From Balanoglossus misakiensis (taxonomy: Eukaryota > Animalia > Hemichordata): 64,000 nucleotides of DNA. A program made the translations under genes and the position numbers. Below are positions 1 to 15,201 of this stretch, one piece after another; within the stretch, counting starts at the first letter, position 1; the number at the start of each line of letters is the position of its first letter. Below the pieces are notes generated by a model. That model ran no database searches, was not told the origin of the DNA, and was given only the letters and a program-made list of their open reading frames with translations. The stretch spans positions 14,336,389-14,400,388 of the forward strand of contig CM082580.2 in assembly GCA_040954595.2 (NCBI GenBank). The letters are read 5' to 3'.

Positions 1-3000
1 ACAAGCCCGTGGGTATGAAAAAAAATAACTTCTACAATTTAACTTCTTAGTTTAGGAAAGAACTAGTCGGTACTTAATACTGTTTCTCTGTTATACGTCA
101 CTACCGAGTCTTGACAAAGCTCTCCTTTAGATGTTTTAACGCTAAATAACTCTGATGCCCTTATGTGTCTGCGAGGGCCGTCTCCACGATAATGACACAG
201 GCCGTAAATGTTTTCGTTGTCTGCCCAGCAAAATAGTCAAATATTGATAAAGTCCTCCGCTCTGTATTAAACGGTCTTTTGTTGCCTTGGCAGAGAGTCT
301 AAACACTATAGTTTAAGTTCCTTGATCACCTTGTTAAGCGACGATGGCAGCCATATTTCTCTGTTTCATATTTTCGAAGCGTTGCAACCACGAATCGCTG
401 CATAGCAATGTGTGAGTCTTATGATGGATCGAATGGCAGTATTCCGGGTTTCTTGCGAGTCTGAAAATTGTATCACTCCATGCGTCCGTCTGAATGCGTT
501 TATCGATTGCTCGCCTGGTACGGCGAGCTCTATGACGCAATGGCGGTAAGAATGTTCACGTCAGAGCTGATGAAATATCACAGTCAGGGTCACCGGGGTT
601 AGTTTCTTCCGTCAACGTGCTGTTCTACCAGTTTGACGTACACGCCTATGTTAACCCGCTTGGTCGAGGATAGTTTGGCGAAAACAATGAAGGAACGAAT
701 GGTTTAATCACTTTTTCTTTCACGTTCATTGGCATTGCACCAAGCCCGTGGCCTGATCACATCAAACTGTTGCGTCTCTTTCACGGCGTCATTCAGGTAG
801 CATCTGGTCGTAATATCAGCATTGTCGGTCTCCAAGCTTCAATTTGTCTTTCATTAAAGGAAAAATGATTTACTAAGTCTCACACGCGAACTGAACAGCT
901 GTTTTGATGTTATTTTTATGTTACATGAAAAGAAGCTACAAAAATGCCGCGATTCGGTCAGTTTTATGGACACGCACATGTATATCAAATTTAGTTCATG
1001 AAGACACCTTGTATGCAGACCCTACCTGTCCCACTTCTACCTGCAATTAAAAGATGGGGTAGGCATTTATAGACCATATGTGAACACGTTAATGGCGGAC
1101 TAGCAGTGTTGAGTTTTTGAGAGTTATTCGACAAGATGACGTCACAGTCATAAGCTTATCAGACAACCATCAACTTGAATCAGATTTCCGGGTGAAGAGT
1201 TCTACTGTTCACTCACCGATCAAGTCATTAGTGGTTGGTTTGTGGGAATGCAGAGGAGAATGGATAATAAAGCCAATGTTAATGTGAAGGATAACAGCAT
1301 AGACAGGTGTTAACCTTCACCTCATTAACACCGTGCGAGTCGGCCGGCTGAGATTTTTGTCTTGTATAATGCAGGGTTTATGGCTTGTTGTTCACAATTG
1401 CAACCACTTCAAAGGTGTAATACAGGCGAACTTGACGGTATTTAAATGTACACTTTAAAACAACTACAGTTAAAAATCCCTGAATGCAAAGAAAGTCGAC
1501 AGAAACCCTCAGTGGAAGTCCGATTCGGTCACAGCGAAGAGTTTTCTCTGGGACGAAAATAAATAAAGTGTTTGTACACGAAAAACTGAACGCTATGTTA
1601 TTTCATTTGTCTGGTCTATCAATTCTCCGCGTGGATGACCCATTCTGACCTGAACAAATGTTTTCGATGAAATCGCTTGCTTTTTCCTCATAATTGAGGT
1701 GGGAGAAATGAGAACCCATTTCCAACCAACTAACGTTCACTTTAATTACATTAGCATTCCGTAATTATATTAGCATTCTATCGTTTCCCGCCGATGTCGA
1801 GATTTGTCCAATAAAGAGAAAAAAAACAGCACCCAAGACGGGTGGTTTTATTATTTAGGGTGGCAACACTTCGTATTTCGTTGCGTTGATGATATCGCAA
1901 ATATTCCAGATTTTTGAAATCCGCGGTGGTTTGAGAATACTTAAAATGAGAATCAGCACCATATTGGTCCGTCGGTCTGAAAGTAGACGATATACCTCCG
2001 TCGAATCTGGCGACTGCTGCGGCTTTCATTTTGACATCTATGTAAAGAGTTCGGCAGAACGTGAGAACGCGTTGGATTTGTTTCGTTAAGAGGGAACCTG
2101 GTTTAGCAAATCGAATCAATTAAAACCATCCTGTCGGAACGCGACCGACAGGACATGCGTGAACTCCTAATCAATCCGCGGCTGGGGGTGAAAGGTCACC
2201 ATTCATAACCGCGTAGTAGACTACGATTCATCACGGATGAGATCACAGAAAAGCCGAAATGGAAGAGTAACATTCAATTAAATATGATACATACAGTCAG
2301 TTCTGAGATATCATTCATTAATGAATTCCTTGAGGAGCTACAAAGACGATTTATGATGGAAGAGAAGATTTTGATGACTATGTTAGCTCTCAAGATTACA
2401 GGGAAACAGATTCTATAATTCAAATGTGTCATGATGAACTGATGTTTATGATGGTGCCATATAATTGCGATAGAAAAAAATGGGGGCAAAAGATCTGTTG
2501 ATATAATATGTAATGACAGATCTTTATGTATTTCCCGGTCTTGATAAACCGCTGATTTATTTAACAATGTATACGCTGCCCCATATATTGTTATTTTTCG
2601 TGAGTATTCATCTTATTCTAGACAAACTATGGCTTTCCATGCGAGGTGACTCCCTGACCTTGCAGTAGTTCAGACGCAGTTTCGCTGCACATCGTCTCGG
2701 CGGGAGAAATAGCAATGCTATCGTTAGGCTTCGGTTCAGATAAGAGAAACTTAGCAATCAAAGCGAAACGATGTAGCCGACTTCAATCGGAGGAGCGTAT
2801 TGTGTGAATTCAACCAACAGGAAGAGATGGATGTTTCTGATAGGGTTAATTATTTGCGCCTAGGGTGACCGTGCTAACTTATTTTTTCAATCGGGAAGTA
2901 GGTTTCGGCCTTGCTATAGCCATAATACGGTCCAAATACGTGTCAGTTGAACTTGTATGCAGAGATTAGTTTCTGTAGCACTAATAACGATTATGTTATA

Positions 3001-3837
3001 ATAGTGTCACCTGTTTGTGTCATTGGCTCTTATTACCCGAAAACACAACCCTTCAAAAAAAGCGAATCGGTTTGGCAAGTCTCAAACATATTTTCATTAA
3101 TTTGCGGCACAGCGTTAAACCAACGAACTGCTTTGGTCAGTCCGTACAGTCCGATTAGTTTTCCTTTTATGTATTCACTCTCATTTTCAAGGAGTGTGCA
3201 CATGTTTCCTGTGCTTATTAATTTATCCCCTGGAGAATATATTCTTGGCGTACCTTGATATATTATTTGTACACTTAAATAAATTAGACACATTCCGCGT
3301 ACAGGTGCAGCGGCTCCAGAGAACACGAAACAAAATGGCGGCTGTGGGCGAATTAGGTCGGAACTTGTTTATATGCTGTCATGAAAATCGAGTGTGCGAC
3401 AGAAAGTGACGTTCTCTGTTTTGACGGATAAATTCTGTGTATAAGTCTGCAGTCTACCAGCGTCGCATGTGGTTTTAATACAGCCAGTCTCACCGTGCCT
3501 TACATGACGCAAATCGCCGGATCATTACTGTGAACTTTGGAGTGTCTACTTTGTGTCAGCCGCGAGACGATAATAACCGAGCGATCGCGGTAATGGCCGA
3601 TCAATCGAGATAATCGTGATGGACAATGGGTTACGCAGCAGCAGATATGAAATTAAGCTGTTTCAATCGCGTAGTCTCGGTTAGGGACGAATGAATCTGT
3701 CAAATATACCCAGTGTTACCATGGAAATGTCATCATGGCATGCATGGAGAGTGTTAGTGACACTGAGAGGCAAAATGATCACACCTCTCTGTCGTCCTAA
3801 AAGTTGGCTGTTGTTATATTGGTTGGTTTCTAATCAG

Positions 3838-3912
3838 TGATGATGATGGTGGTGGTGGTGGTGGTGGTGGTGGTGGTGGTGGTGGTGGTGGTGGTGGTGG
3901 TGGTGGTGGTGG

Positions 3913-3965
<53 letters not shown>
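3838..3965. repeat. Compound trinucleotide microsatellite (TGA)n(TGG)n-TT-(TGA)n
   Basis: Direct reading. Confidence 0.98.
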
Positions 3966-6900
3966 CGTTCTCACTGGTAGATAAACATATACCAAAAAGA
4001 GCTTCAATCCAACAAGTTTTGTCAAAGTTCATTGCTGAACCGTCTCAGCAATGTCTCATAGTATTAGAGGCAAGTAAAGCTTCAGGTTGAATTTCACACA
4101 CAGTCTCTGAGTTACATGATATAATTATTTGCTACTAACGAGAATTGTTCAATCAATTAAACATGTTCGTAATTGCAATCCAGTTGCGGCAATCCATACT
4201 CCAATTAACCTAGTTGCTAGCATTCTCATGTTCACACCTTCCCATCGATTCCCAAGCAAGCTGCACGTACAGAACGTATATGAGATTTTCCCTTCGAGTC
4301 ATTTTATTCTTCAGTCTTACGAGCACGGGGTTTGTAAAAATTATCCCAGTTGAAGAGTTCGTGGAAAGATGGATGAATTCATATTATTGTAGCTAGAGGG
4401 TCGGTACATAAAGACCCCTCAGGTAGTCTAGCAGACAGAGGCGCACTGCACTCGACCAGACGACGGGCACCTTCGCTCATTTCGAGGCTTGGTGCTGTCA
4501 TCGACGAGTCGGGCCATATCGTTCTCTCTGAGCAGGTAGACAGTCTTGCAGATAACACTTTTTGGATCAAAGTCTGACCTGCCATTTAGATTTGATTGTC
4601 TGGGTAACGCACTGAAGGTAGGTTGAGATTGTTCCTATGCGCCCGTCACTTTCCTCCAATGTCGCTGCATCTCTTTCTCTTCCTTTGGAATGCGTCGAAT
4701 ATCTAAACCCTATACAAGGCAAGCACTTTCGATATCTCACACTAATAAGTGAATATTCACTTTGTTAAAGCCATCCGGCGTTTTCAGACTACCGATCGTT
4801 AATCTAGTACATGTAAAAGTAAAGTCCACTTCAAGCTAATAAGCTGCTTGAGAACAATGATCAGGGAGTTCACGGGTGATGCATTGCGTTGCCATTGTTT
4901 CACTCCATTTTTACAATGAATTTTGTTCTTTCAGAGAACTATACGTGTAACGGAAATTTGAATAATAATCATGATTTCCTTTGAACTTTTTCAGTTTTCT
5001 CAGATCATTGATTTTTGACAAGTGGTCATGGCAGCAGATCAGCTCAATCGTGTTTGCATTGGAACGAAAACAAACTTTCAATGTACATACTTAACACTTA
5101 TGCATATGATATTCCCATATAAAACAAGCACAGTTGATGATGTAAATTCCTTTTTGTTTCCAACGTTGATAGCTTTTTTCAATTTTCTTTTTCTGGTCGC
5201 GTTAGGTTACGAAAACGGCAATTGTACGCGCGCCAGACTTTGGAGACGTAATGGCAGGAACACATCTCGCCATTTTTTGCAGTCTGTTCACTGATGAGGC
5301 GCATGACCAGTCGCCAAGTCGGTTGGGCGGTTGGCAGCTCTGAGCGAGGGGCGGTGATTCAGAAATCAACCCCAGCAATACAATGCGCGCGCATGAGACG
5401 AGAAAATCTCCCGTAAGCAGTACTTAGCTTGGGTTGCACAGATAAACTGTGTAGGGATAATGAGCACTCTGTAGATGTTCTCGGGGCAAGTAACAGTAAT
5501 CCTAATGCAAACAACTATATTTGTCACCAAACCGCATCCGACAATTTACCCTCGAGTCACGGCGCTCTGCATATCCAGATAAACGCAGCTATACAATGTA
5601 GAAAAGCCCGTCTCCACACGACCAGACGTGATAGGAATCATAATGCCCCACCGGGTGAAGTTTCGAATGCGACAGAAGCATATATTTCAATCAGTCAGAT
5701 CTAAAACCAAAACAGCTCGTCACATGACGGTGCGAGTGTAGTCCAAGAGAGCATTGCAACGGATCATTTCGTTTGCTGACGAATTTTAACATATACACAT
5801 AAAGTATGACTGTCGCTGAAGCGGCAGACTGGTGTTGGTTGCTCAAATAGTAAGTGACATATGTAGCGGGACTCATGTTTGTACACAGTGTATATACATA
5901 TGTACGAGTGCGATGTTTCCAATTCAGCTTGGGTTCGCATTCCCATTTCAAATGATCATAGATATTATGCACATTATTTGTCTAAAATACAAATATAGGT
6001 TATTTTACATATTTTTTTTATATAGAAATGATAGTAGCCGACAGCCAGTATGTTTTCCAACTCCAAATGAGGAATCTGTTGGTTTACAGTATACCACTTT
6101 GCCTGTGAGCGTCAATCGCCAATAGTAAATGGTGTCTCTAGCGCTGCTAACCAATCACAGTTGCCGTTTTAGCCAGATATCTTGTCCACATGAAGTGGGT
6201 CGGATGTCTTACTAAATTCATTGTTGCATGAAATCTATTCCCGACAGCGTTTACTGAATCCATGCAATGCCAATCCACACACGAATTACACAAATGTATG
6301 TGTACAAGAGGGAAGCCTGTCTAATGTCAAAGAAACTGAAAAGAAGTCGAATAACACTGTGGTGTAATTCACTTAGTGCACGACATGATTGTGTTGATTG
6401 ACAGACCAAGGTGAGAAAAAGATCACGGTAGAGAAGACTTATTTTGCGTGATGTACCTTTCATGACTGAAAATAAATAACACCAGGTAATTTGTTCAGTT
6501 CTTACCACAACCTGATGGAGAAATGTGCGATGTGAGAACACTGATATTACACTAATCAGCGTTACAACTAGCTTTATTACACAGAGGTCTATGATCCCGC
6601 TGGGTTGTAGGCGTTTCTTTGTTGTGTAGAAAGGTGCAGTTTTTATTCCGCTGGCGTCCTCACAGAAATAGATTAAGGTATTCTCTGGAGGTTGAACCGT
6701 AGACCAATGCCAATAGAATGTCATTGGTTCCACTGTGAATGATTTTGATAAGCAGTGGTAAAGTAGTAACATTGTTGTATTGTACTGGCTTCATGGGCTT
6801 TGTCGACATTCAAGCAAACATCTGTCACTGTCGGCTAAAAGTAATAGATATATTCCAGAATCGTATCTAGATTACCCTGAAAAATATAACGGGACGATAA

Positions 6901-9900
6901 TAACGCGCTGTCACAATCAACTGTTTCCTTAAACATTTTTTTCTTAACCTGAATTTATTTTATAAACTTCGGCACCACCTTGTCATGTGTTTGATATGAC
7001 AGTGACATTATTATAATGAACAACTTCGAAAAGATAGTAATCACCGTATTTCTTATCATGTAAAAAGGCTTTGGCAAGTTACCCTCTCCTCAAAAGCGTT
7101 CAAACCCAGCAATGCTGCTCGAATGTTGTTTCCTTTGAAGGTGGTCAAATACCCCACGTAGCCGCTGCAAGTGTTTTTGATGGGAAGCGGTTTATGTTTT
7201 TAAAAATACAGCTATAAGTTATAATCTACTCAACTAAGGACGGGCCATAAGTGCAATTACAAAACAGAATACTTTGAATTTTTATGATCTCTGGTTAATA
7301 TGACATTAAGGCTATTCAATTCATTCTGGCAATAATCAAAGCTGCCGCTTTATCGAGCTTTGGTTTGGAACGCCCTGTTGCACTATAGCATAATACAGTT
7401 CTGAGGCGTAAAATATTATGTTTTGTCTAAAAATGTTATATAGCAATGGCGCATATGCACCGCCTGGTACCACTGTAATACCATGTACATGCATTACTTA
7501 TATTATCATTAATGATATGAGTGAGTCTATAATCTGAGGCAATTAAACTTACAAATTGGAGAACAGCATAATGACACTCTTTGCCCGGTCAACCGTAGAG
7601 CCCTTTGTCAGTTTAAGATTCCTGCGTGGTGAATTTCACGAAAATGTCAGTTTGTGAATAAACTGTAGACACACTTTTTCTTCGCCGTTCGTCAATATGA
7701 CAATCTAGTCGCTTATAAATAGCGAGAAAATCTGCCTCTTCATCAGCACTATTCTAAGTCGCGAATAAAAATAGTTGATAATGATGTACGTTTAGCTCCT
7801 CCCCCGATAAAATATCTCCACAGACATAATTCCAGTATACAACGTGAAAATGCCAACAGAGAAACGGAAACGGTAGCAGAACATTAAATAATACGACGTT
7901 CATCTAATCCAACCACAAATGTTACAAGTATAAATTTGAGAAATAGTATTTACTTAACACTTTGTTTTATGCAATCATTTTGAGGTTATCAGATTATACG
8001 ATTTTAGTGCTATTAGATTGATAAAATCATAAAATTCCCGATACAGTTTTATTGCACGTTTTTTAACTATGGCGGAGAAATGTGACTAGATGAGACTCGA
8101 CTTTGAAGAAATTCATGACATTCATAGCGTTTTGTCTTTTTCTCATGAAGAAAACGTTGACAGGTTTTGACGTGACGGATAAAGAAAAAAATGAAGACAT
8201 TCTGTTAGATATTAATCTTGCCTGAACGATAGCGTAAGCGTACTATCAACATTAAATGCAAAATCCCAGATGTTACCACCAAATAAATATAGAGAGTTTG
8301 ATAGATTACTTTTCGGCTCATATGAGAAGCCGCTGTGAGCATTTTCTCTAGTTTATCGCAGCTCATAAACAAGATTAGTAGAAAATATTATGAATTTGCC
8401 TTTTAACCACGACCTAAAAATGCAATGACATGGAAACCTGAGTTTGAGAATGGAAACAATGTCTAAATTATTTAATATCAATAATAGGATATCGCAGTGT
8501 AACACAATCACGTGACTGTGGTCTGTGCTAGTGAAACACAGCTTCACAATAGGCTGACCTCATATCGCAGTAGCTGACTTGTCAAATTGTTATGACATGA
8601 TACTATATGACATGACACGACAGGACAAGCATTGTACTGCACGAACGTAACGGTACCTTTGGATACCGTCATTGCAAGGAGCCAGGAAACGTGCAATAAT
8701 ATCTCAGCTGAACTCCATTTCTGATAGTGCACACGCGTATTACCATTAGCGATGTTTACATTTCGAAAATAGTAATCACCAGTCAATTAGTTAAACTCAG
8801 ACGTATGTGAGCGTTGCATTCGCATCGTTGGTTGCGTCATCAAGCAATTTCTGTGAGGTAGTTTCAAGTTACAGATCAGCGCGCACACAGCACTGTTTTG
8901 AGTTTACAAGCGGCACTTGACTTTTCTGGCTGCCAAGTGTCAACACATATGGTTTCATGGACAACCGACCATTGAGCAAATATTACCACTTTTCGCAGCG
9001 TTACGTCGTTGTCAAATTGATGCAGCAGCCGCGAGCAAAAGAAATACGGCTTTTCTTAAAAGTAATCAAGATATTCCTGTTAGTGATTGAGGGAAAGGAA
9101 ATTACTAAGGCTGCTGTTCGGAAGCGATGCGCTCTGAAAGTCGAAGTTATCCCCCGGCACGGAGGATAGAGAAAGGCACGGCAGATTCATTTGGTTGATA
9201 ACATTGCCTGATCATTAAATAGAATAAGAGTTTGCTCTACCAAGTCACCGATTACGTTACCCTAGATTTGACCGTTGTGCAATTCGATGACCCTCGGAAG
9301 TCTTTGGTAAATGGGTACCGATATAACGCCTATAGAACGGCAAAGAAAAATGCACCGATGTGAGGGCGCTTTCTCCCATAGCCGTACATAGAAACTCAGA
9401 GGCGGAGGTTTATGCATGGAAAAGGATTTTAATATGTACACCTGTAAGTGGTTTTCAAAGCTCGGGATATTGGCTTATAGGTCAGAGAACACGCGTGTCC
9501 GAAAATCGCTATTAGCACAAGCCGTCATTTTGGCAGGAAAGAGATTATTTCGAAGGATTCAATAACATTTCTGAATAATAATTAGATTCAATAATTTCGC
9601 TTCTGCACGAAAAAAAAATCAGTCAGAAAAAAATGGTTGACTAAAGGTTTTCTGAGGAGATGTTAAACAAGAAGTTACCCTAACTGTAACCCAGTTACAA
9701 TAAGGGAAACGATATGTACCTTAGGTCTATGGCAGTCATCTCAGGACTTTTAATCAATGCTAATGTACCATGAAATTGATGCATTATTTCCCGTTTAAAA
9801 GAAAAGTCTCGTTTAAAACCAATTTCGTTTTTTTTCTGCAACTTTCATTTGAATTTAAATGACGACTGCCTTATAGTATGTCGGTCGGTATTTCCTGCGG

Positions 9901-9923
9901 CGACTGCATTACCGCTGTGTGGA

Positions 9924-11267
9924 TGACGTCAGAACACAAACAGCTTTTAATACTCGGATTGAAAATCAATTCGGGCAACTATGAACTGGACTAGTCTACT
10001 GTTGATTGTAAGTAATGCAGCTATACGCCAAGGATTTCAACAGGTGACTGTTCATGTCTCTAACGGAAGTTTTTGGAAATTTTAACTACATTAGTTTTCA
10101 AAGTAGCCATTCACACGTGTCAATGAAACGTCCAGCGTTTGATATATGTGATAAGGTGTGATTAGGGTCACTTTCATTAAAAGTTTGAATACACGTCTTT
10201 TTACTTTTAGTTGTTTTGATTCCTTCGAGAATTTCGACATATTGCATCTTCCCCAACCAGGCTTAAAGTGATCGACTGCCTGGGTTAGCTATCATTAATC
10301 TCAAAGCGTTATGCGTGTTTTGATTACTTTGAAGCCACAATCGATTGAAACTGAGATTTTGCCTTTGGTTTCGCGGAAGTTCACATTCAATAATTTTAAT
10401 AATATAGTTTTAATTTTCTCCTACGAGTAACGTTGGTGTAAACTGAAGAGCATGCATGGTCACGTAAAAAGGATCCGCGAATCACAAAGGGCGTGTTCTA
10501 TCGTTTGCAGGTATATATTAACGCAGCCGGTCACTCAATCAACCTTAAGATGCAATGAAATGGAAATTTGATGTAGCGATTACTACTTGTAGAACCCTGG
10601 AATGAAAAGAAGGCAATTTGACCTAAAAACAAAGAAGGATTATTATCAACGGAGTTCACGAAGGTTCGCTGTGTTCCCTTTTTTCGCGGGGTCGTTCAGA
10701 TGTTGCCACAAACTGAAGGCATTACTCTTAGGTTTCATGAGTGAGTGATGATGACGTCATATACACTGGTGATTAAGTTTATGTCAGTGGGCAGGACAGC
10801 ATAATTGTATGTATCAAAGCTCCACAGGCAGCATTTTCATGTATTTTCCCCTTTTCACAGGTCATCACCCTTTTTACGCTCCCTACATTCAAACTGCACC
10901 TTTCTAGGAATATAAGCTGTGTCGGCGATGTCATGACAACCAGGTACTGACATCGCGGTAGGATACATCGGACAACTTCGAATTTTAATTGTCATTAGAC
11001 AAGCGCCCTCTAGTATCCTAAAACAATAAAGTGAATACCAAAGTGTCGGTTTGTAAAATTAGTTTTGCATAAATTAATTTCACCGAGCATGAAGTCGTGG
11101 TTCAACAGTATCTCAGTACTAACATTTCACGTCGCCATCGAGCGCGCAGGTGTCACAACGCGGAAGTCTAATCTGAGAAATAATTTGACGCTTTTGTACA
11201 CGTGACCTGGTCTCACCTTTTTCATTTCACGCTGAGGTTCCGCCATAAGATGACACGCCTGACGTCA
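9924..11267. promoter_or_regulatory. Cluster of three full CRE palindromes (TGACGTCA) with two E-boxes and a CTCF-like site
   Basis: TGACGTCA at 9924, 10752 and 11260; CACGTG at 10114 and 11199; GCGCCCTCTAGT at 11003; motif match only. Confidence 0.3.
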
Positions 11268-14200
11268 TCGAATCGCAAACAAGGCAGGTATCCTCACTAA
11301 TACAGCTCCGTGACCTTCGATGTATTGATACATCATAATTTCCATATATTAATTATTAATACTCTTTATTTCCGTATGTGTTCTACATTCTACTCACTTG
11401 CTGTGATTTTGGCAAGAAACTGATGCAATTCAAAATAAAGCGTCCTTTCTTTTAATTAGCACCGATTCTAGACCGCAGATGTCTAACCGAATTAACGACT
11501 GCGGATTTAAAGAGCGTCATTAATCGGCTCTTCCTTTGAGTCCGTAGAAGCATGATGAACTTAGACGAATTGAATGTAATCAGTCACCTATATGCTATCT
11601 CTCTCTGTTAAGAAGAGCGTTCCCATTATTAGCATGTGTAGAATTGACGTGCTTTCAAAATTTGAAATGTACAGAATGTACACTCTTATCATTTCCAAGA
11701 CACTGATCCGGTATTGGGAAACTGGTTGTTTTTCTGTGATTGTGGTCCCCGAGGAATGTAATTTGCACAATTTGTAAGATATATGCTGAATTCCTTTAAA
11801 TTTTACTTCATGTCATCCAGTCTCTATACTCTTACAGTCTGATAATACAATGTTCGATAATTGGAGAGAAAGTCTCCTATCATATCAGGTAAACAAGGGC
11901 AGCGAAAGAAAAAACTGTGTGTGCTTTAACTTGTTCCGGTAGTATTTCGGTGTTAGTTCCCTGTACCTGAATAATCGATTTTAATTTAGTTCCTTTTTAA
12001 GCGAGGTTCTTCTGTAGCTGTCTGCGATATGAAATGATAATATTACATTATAAAGAAAGTCTACGGCAAGTAATTTCTCTGTTGAAACGAATGTTTTTGT
12101 CAGCCTGAGATATTTAACCCCGCGGATTATCTGCTGACGCCGAGATCAGTCGCCGGCGTTCTTAGTCGCCGTGCAAAGTGATATAGAGGGAAAGTAAACC
12201 CAACAGATGTTTTGTGACAAGATGATGAGTCTTATCGATCTGGACAAAGGGGAAGGAAACCAACTTGGAGATGTGCTGTCGGGAGATGTCCTTCATGTAT
12301 AGTGTATACTTCATAGAGACAGGCCTGTTAGTCCCGTCGGCTTAAATCAGAAATGGGACTTTGTATAGTTGGAATTTTGCCCACGTGTATATGCGTATAT
12401 GATCATCCGCAATTACCATTATAGCATTCCACCCTATAGGCTAGTACTGTGATTTAATTTGCGTCATAACATCAACATTCTTAGTGGGGACTGTTTTACG
12501 TCGACTTGGTTACTTTCGACTCATTTCTATCCTGAACTTTTCTGCTAATTAAACCACGGCGTTGAGACTCAGTATCTTTGAAAGTTGTAATTCAAATAAA
12601 CTGTACTTGTGATTAACAATGATTACAAGAATGTCATTGCATGGCAGCGTCTCCACTTCGGAGAAGAATCGATAACAGGATCGATCACTCATGAATGAAA
12701 GATATTCCCTTACTCAGATGGTATATTAAACCATGATTTGTATGGGAATAAGAGAACAGTGCTGATTCCGAGTTAACTAACCTACAGGGATGACTAGTTG
12801 ATTGCTATCTCATTTGCATCTTGGGAAGCAGTTGTGAAATTGTAAAACTGTCATAGTGTTCATCCGAAACAGCCAGCTTATAGGGCCACTGTCTGTAGCG
12901 TCTGGCTAAAATCTCTGTGTGATTAGTGGTTATGGTTATGAAGTGGTATTACTCAAATAATTGAAGATACCGATAAGTGCAGTAAATTTGGAGAAAACAT
13001 TCGGTCTTCAAATGTTGTGCTGACATGTTGGATGTGGATGCTACGCGGTTCAACCAAGTTCATATCCCCGTTGGTTTGAAGTCATTCCCATCTCCTCCGA
13101 TGACTAAACGGGCATTTACATATATTTTATTAAACGATTCCCACATGAGCGCGTAGAGCAATTTGTATTTTCCATAGCAGACGGAGATGGGCTTACATCA
13201 CCGCAAAGTGACAGAACAATTAGACACTAGATCCTTCTGAAGCGTCCATGTCCCTTTTGAATTTGGAATCATTTTCAGTCTTAACGGCGTTCCGATGCAA
13301 GAATACAATTTGACGCCATAAACTAATTCCAAGTGATGGTTCGTATTTCTCAGAACACGTTTTCCGAGATAACAAAGTGTGCAAGCTAGAGAGCTTTTGT
13401 CGGTAACCTTTGGATATTTGCCCCTCCCCTACCCCTACCGACAGTTGTTTCAGAGTCATTTCACATTCCCCATTTTCAAAACCAGCGTTGATGGAAAATT
13501 TAATAAATCCAAAATATCGTTATTCATATTTAGTTTTGCCTGGTTAACAGTCTAATAATTTTCGGAAAAGCGAAGTGACGTTGATTCACAAGCACTATAT
13601 CGCAGATTGCCTTGTTGGAAACTTTTGGAAAAGGGCAATGACATTTGCAGTATTTATCAAGACGACGATTAGGTCTGTCTGCCAGTAAGCTCAGAAGAAA
13701 AGAATGTTGAAAAGAATCAGGATGTTGTATGTCTCAAATTAAGCTAGCTTGCTCTATATTGTAAACCAGGTTCGCATAGTGAGTTTGCCGTCATATGGTA
13801 CTAGTATATATTGTTCATCCTTGTTGATATGATATCGTGCATTCTACTCTGTCTTGAAGCAATACAGTAAGGTGGACCTAGCTTTGGAAAAAAAACCTTT
13901 CCTCTGTACATTTGCAAGACCTATACAAGCAGCAAAGAGGGTCGTCTGCAAAGCAATTCACAATTATGAAAAACTAGAACAGCGCCATCGTCAGAAGAAT
14001 TTTGCTGTAGGTGTGAACTGCGCATTCTCCATGACGATGAAGTTAGTTGCACCGTAAATAGCGACTCTGTCAAATATACGGGTCTGGTTTTACCAGAGCT
14101 AGCGCATCGTACGCAATTTCCATCATCTGTCCGCTGGTGGTAAATGATGTAAGGCGCCACCAGACGAGAATTCCTTCAGTTGCCACGCAAAGGTAAAATT

Positions 14201-15187
14201 TCCGCTGTTCTTCCAATTATTGCTGATCGTTTGTCACATCTAAGTCGACTCTTTCGACAACGACATGTCATTTTTGCGCTAATATGTCTCAAAAGCTGTA
14301 ACACTGATCCCATCAGAAACTAGTTTCCACAGCAACAACTGAGATTACTGTTGTGTGCGGGTTAGGTTTGTGGCCAACGAACCAACAGTTTTGGTTGAGG
14401 ACTTTACAATTTTGATTAAAACACAAATGTAGCTACGATGAACTACGGATATAGTATTTTACATGTAATAGTGTTTTTCCAGGCTATTTTTGTGTTGCAG
14501 TCGGACACGTGGGGACACACATTTTGTAGGCAGTTAAACACCGGTTGAGTATGTGAATTTTGTCGTGACATGCAGAATTGCAGCGACAAACATCTATTTT
14601 CTCTCAATAATGCTATTTTTGGTATCATGGGGGTGGGGTAATTTTATCTCTGTTATACAAAATACCCCAGATCGCTGAGAATGACTATTTTTTAAATCAA
14701 TATTTCTTCGTGCATGCACATAGCAAGAAATTCCATTGGCCCAACTTCTTAAGCATGTTCATTTGCCTGCATTTTCAATGAGTTACTGGAGTGTATAGCT
14801 CTGACCATATATGAGATGCAGAAAACAGGCGTGCAGAGTATGGGATGATGCGTGTTTTACATGTAACGTGTAGTCTCGGCTTCTTCACAACATCTCCGCG
14901 CCGTTTTCCTTGATGTTTGATATACAACGAAGTTAGCCAGGAGCCTATAGTAGTTTTCAACATAGGCCAATTATTTGCGCATCTAATTATGTTGAAACGA
15001 CTTCAGTCTGTTTTGCAATGCACTCAGACCTTGTGCCAGAGATATAGCTCAGAGCAATCACGTATGCGATCTGCTTTTGGTGTTTCTGTTCTGTCAACTA
15101 TTCTGCCTCTGATCCTTAGCCTTTTATGAAACATAACTTAATTTTTGGCTGTTCTCAGTTTTCTGACATCAAGCATGAAAATCAATA

Positions 15188-15201
15188 GTTGCTATAGCAA
15201 C
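15188..15201. promoter_or_regulatory. Perfect palindromic RFX X-box-like motif GTTGCTATAGCAAC
   Basis: 14-bp perfect palindrome close to the RFX consensus GTTGCCATGGCAAC; motif match only. Confidence 0.35.

Noticed and set aside
2283-2417. Short + strand frame containing FINEFLEELQRRF, reminiscent of a hAT transposase helix
   Set aside because: Only about 44 codons, no other transposase motifs or terminal repeats seen; would need a TBLASTN or HMM hit.
3814-4032. Poly-His and poly-Ser/Pro ORFs
   Set aside because: Translations of the trinucleotide microsatellite.
4379-4585. 68-aa minus-strand ORF in a slightly GC-rich patch
   Set aside because: No recognisable domain and no convincing splice partners.
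1305-14670. Short hairpins at about 1305-1332, 10925-10957 and 14635-14670
   Set aside because: Stems of 8-11 bp are expected by chance in this much AT-rich sequence, with no target-site duplications or second copies.
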